Origin: Phoronis australis
Taxonomy: Eukaryota > Animalia > Phoronida
Assembly (NCBI GenBank): GCA_002633005.1
Contig: NMRA01000295.1
Location: 376,240-440,239, forward strand
Direction: 5' to 3'
DNA: 64,000 nucleotides
Both the position numbers and the translations under genes were made by a program. Position 1 is the first letter of the stretch, and each line of letters starts with the position of its first letter. A model generated the notes under the pieces. That model was not told the DNA's origin. It did not search any database and saw only the letters and a list, made by a program, of their open reading frames with translations. Shown here piece after piece: positions 61,801-64,000 of this stretch.

Positions 61801-64000
61801 AGCTTATAATGTCAGACTTTTTCACCTTGAGTGTAGTGTGATGGCTTTGCCGATTGACCTACTTACGAAAGGACGGCTGCTGATGCGTGCGCGTTCCAGA
61901 GTAAGGATTGGTGGGTTGTCATTCCTTGTAGTCACCTGATGCCTGAAATTGTAGTTGTTTAGCTGCAAAAAGCGAGCGTTTCTCACAGTCATTACGAACG
62001 TGACGCCCCCCTGTGTTCGTAAAATGGTCAATACCTAACAACCCTTGTGTTCATCCCTGCAGCTGTATTTCTGCCTCCCCCTATCTTCCGCTTCCCTATT
62101 CTGTATGCATGCTTTGTGATTTCCAAAGATTAATTCATCTGACACGTTTCCATTTATACAGTAACCTTTCTGATGTGTAGCCTTTACTAATTCCAGTTGT
62201 ACTGAGTGAACGCCACTTGCCAACAGAACTTGGTTCGCTTTGCATGCCGCCAGAGCATACTTGAATTACATTGTTTAATTTACCTGTAAATACAATTCTC
62301 GAAAATATCAATGAAAAGCAAAAAGGTATTTTCTATTGAACAAGTTTCTAAATCGGTTTATTCTGTTCGGTGTTTTAACCCTGTACTGATTTTTAAGCCG
62401 AAAATGACGCGAGAAGTTTTGACTTGATAATTAAGTTGTGTCACCGATAACATTTGATTTTCAATTACGTTCTCATCTCTACACTGAACAAAACACTTAG
62501 TGCTTTCGATTTGCACTTAATGGGTAGAATACGGTGCTCCCAGTAGAAAGACTTTTGAGATAATGGAGAATTTTCCGCAAAACAACGCCGACTGATAATG
62601 TGAAACCGATGTCCCTGCCGCCTTGCGGTGCTGGGGATACTTCCACTTTGCAATTAGTGATAGTCTGCAGGGATTTTTGACACCCAGAGGTATTGATATG
62701 GTGCCCTTTCAATTTCCCGAACACTTTTTAATGGACATAATTTGATTTCGAATTCTAACTTTTCTAATCTCTGATGGCGGATCACGAAGTACCCACCTAA
62801 GTTCCACGAACGCAGACAGCGTGGTTTTAAAATAATCCACTGTTGTTAGATACGAAATTCATCTATCTGCATCTTCCGAATTATTAAACCTTTTCTGTTA
62901 CATGAGCATGTAAAATTGAAGGAAATTTCATCGGAAACTGAATCCTGATTGCGTTCCGTAGGCGCCAAAAATCTTATGTGATCACGTGCAGTGTTGGTAT
63001 AGTGCTTGACGATATCTCGCAGAGACTTATGTCTTCTTTTTTATATTTTCACGAGTTCCTTGCATCTGAAGGAACACAACCCTTATTTTTACCTATCTTT
63101 TCAAGATAGAGCAATGCCCTGCAACTTGCGGTAACCTTGAAAGGGTGTAACAAATTGGAAAGCTTCTTTTGTCGTATTCGTAATCTGTTAAAGGGTCATG
63201 GTCAAGAAAGACCGTCCACTTACTGGCGCACAATGACGAATTTTTCAATACTTTTTTTCCAAGAATGGTTTTAATAATGACGTGACGAAATCAATCTTTC
63301 GCTCAATCATCAGAACATGATACTGTTCACAATTTAAGACAAAGGAGATGAAGCTTCCTTGGTAGATAGATGACAATAATGATTATACCATCCCAAGCGA
63401 TTGGTCGCCATTACATCGTGGAACTCCATTAAACATTCGCGGGACACGGAGAGAAATAATCAGTGACACATACATGTAGAACGGAAATAGAGAGTTTAAT
63501 CACAGTTTTCTCCGATGATCCAATAATCTAAATGCTAAAAGGGCTGGGACTGTCAAAGGATGGTGAATCTGACTTCTCATTTGTGAACGTGATAAAGTAA
63601 CATTCGGACATTCCCACAAGTGGTAAATTTAGAAATGTCGCAGTGACTTGCCGGTGCAGCTGGTTCTATTCGTGTAGAGGTGGCGCTACAAAAATGTGAA
63701 CAATCACTTCAGTCGCAGCCATTTTGTCAGTGAAGGTTAGTAATCTCTCGAGAATATCCGCAACACAGTATAGCTTATCCGTCGCGTGATCTTGAGTGAT
63801 ACGCAATGTCACCAGGTTTGCATTACCGGAACACATCTCGGTTTTTCTCGATTTGGCTGAGTTTGTATTTTATCACTGCTGTTGTCAAAGCGGCTTTCAC
63901 TCATTCCATTTGATTTCTGTTGGAAAGGAACGAGTAACAATTCAATTGGAAATACAGAGACGCACTGTCATTAACTGCTCGCCTTTGATTGGGGAATTGT

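Overview
Eukaryotic (animal, probably marine invertebrate) genomic DNA, AT-rich and full of decayed transposons; no prokaryotic operons, CRISPR arrays, rRNA or tRNA genes were seen. The window is dominated by one + strand gene for a small-conductance Ca2+-activated K+ channel (SK/KCNN family). Seven coding exons (8955-9938, 52385-52480, 53020-53438, 56990-57125, 57622-57732, 58107-58234, 58767-58836) splice through GT-AG introns into a continuous 648-codon frame: long N-terminus, S1-S6, GYG pore and calmodulin-binding domain. The last exon was not found and probably lies beyond the window. The ~42 kb first intron carries a 5'-truncated Penelope-like retroelement with a minimal hammerhead ribozyme, a TTAA-flanked Kolobok-like DNA element with convergent THAP-like and KolX-like remnants, several MITE families, a near-perfect 61-nt hairpin and simple repeats. 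Most ORFs in the supplied track are chance frames. Four single Ns, one flanked by a 199-bp duplication, mark assembly uncertainty. I found no convincing wholly new biological system; the best leads are the ribozyme, the Kolobok derivative and unusual SK channel sequence features.
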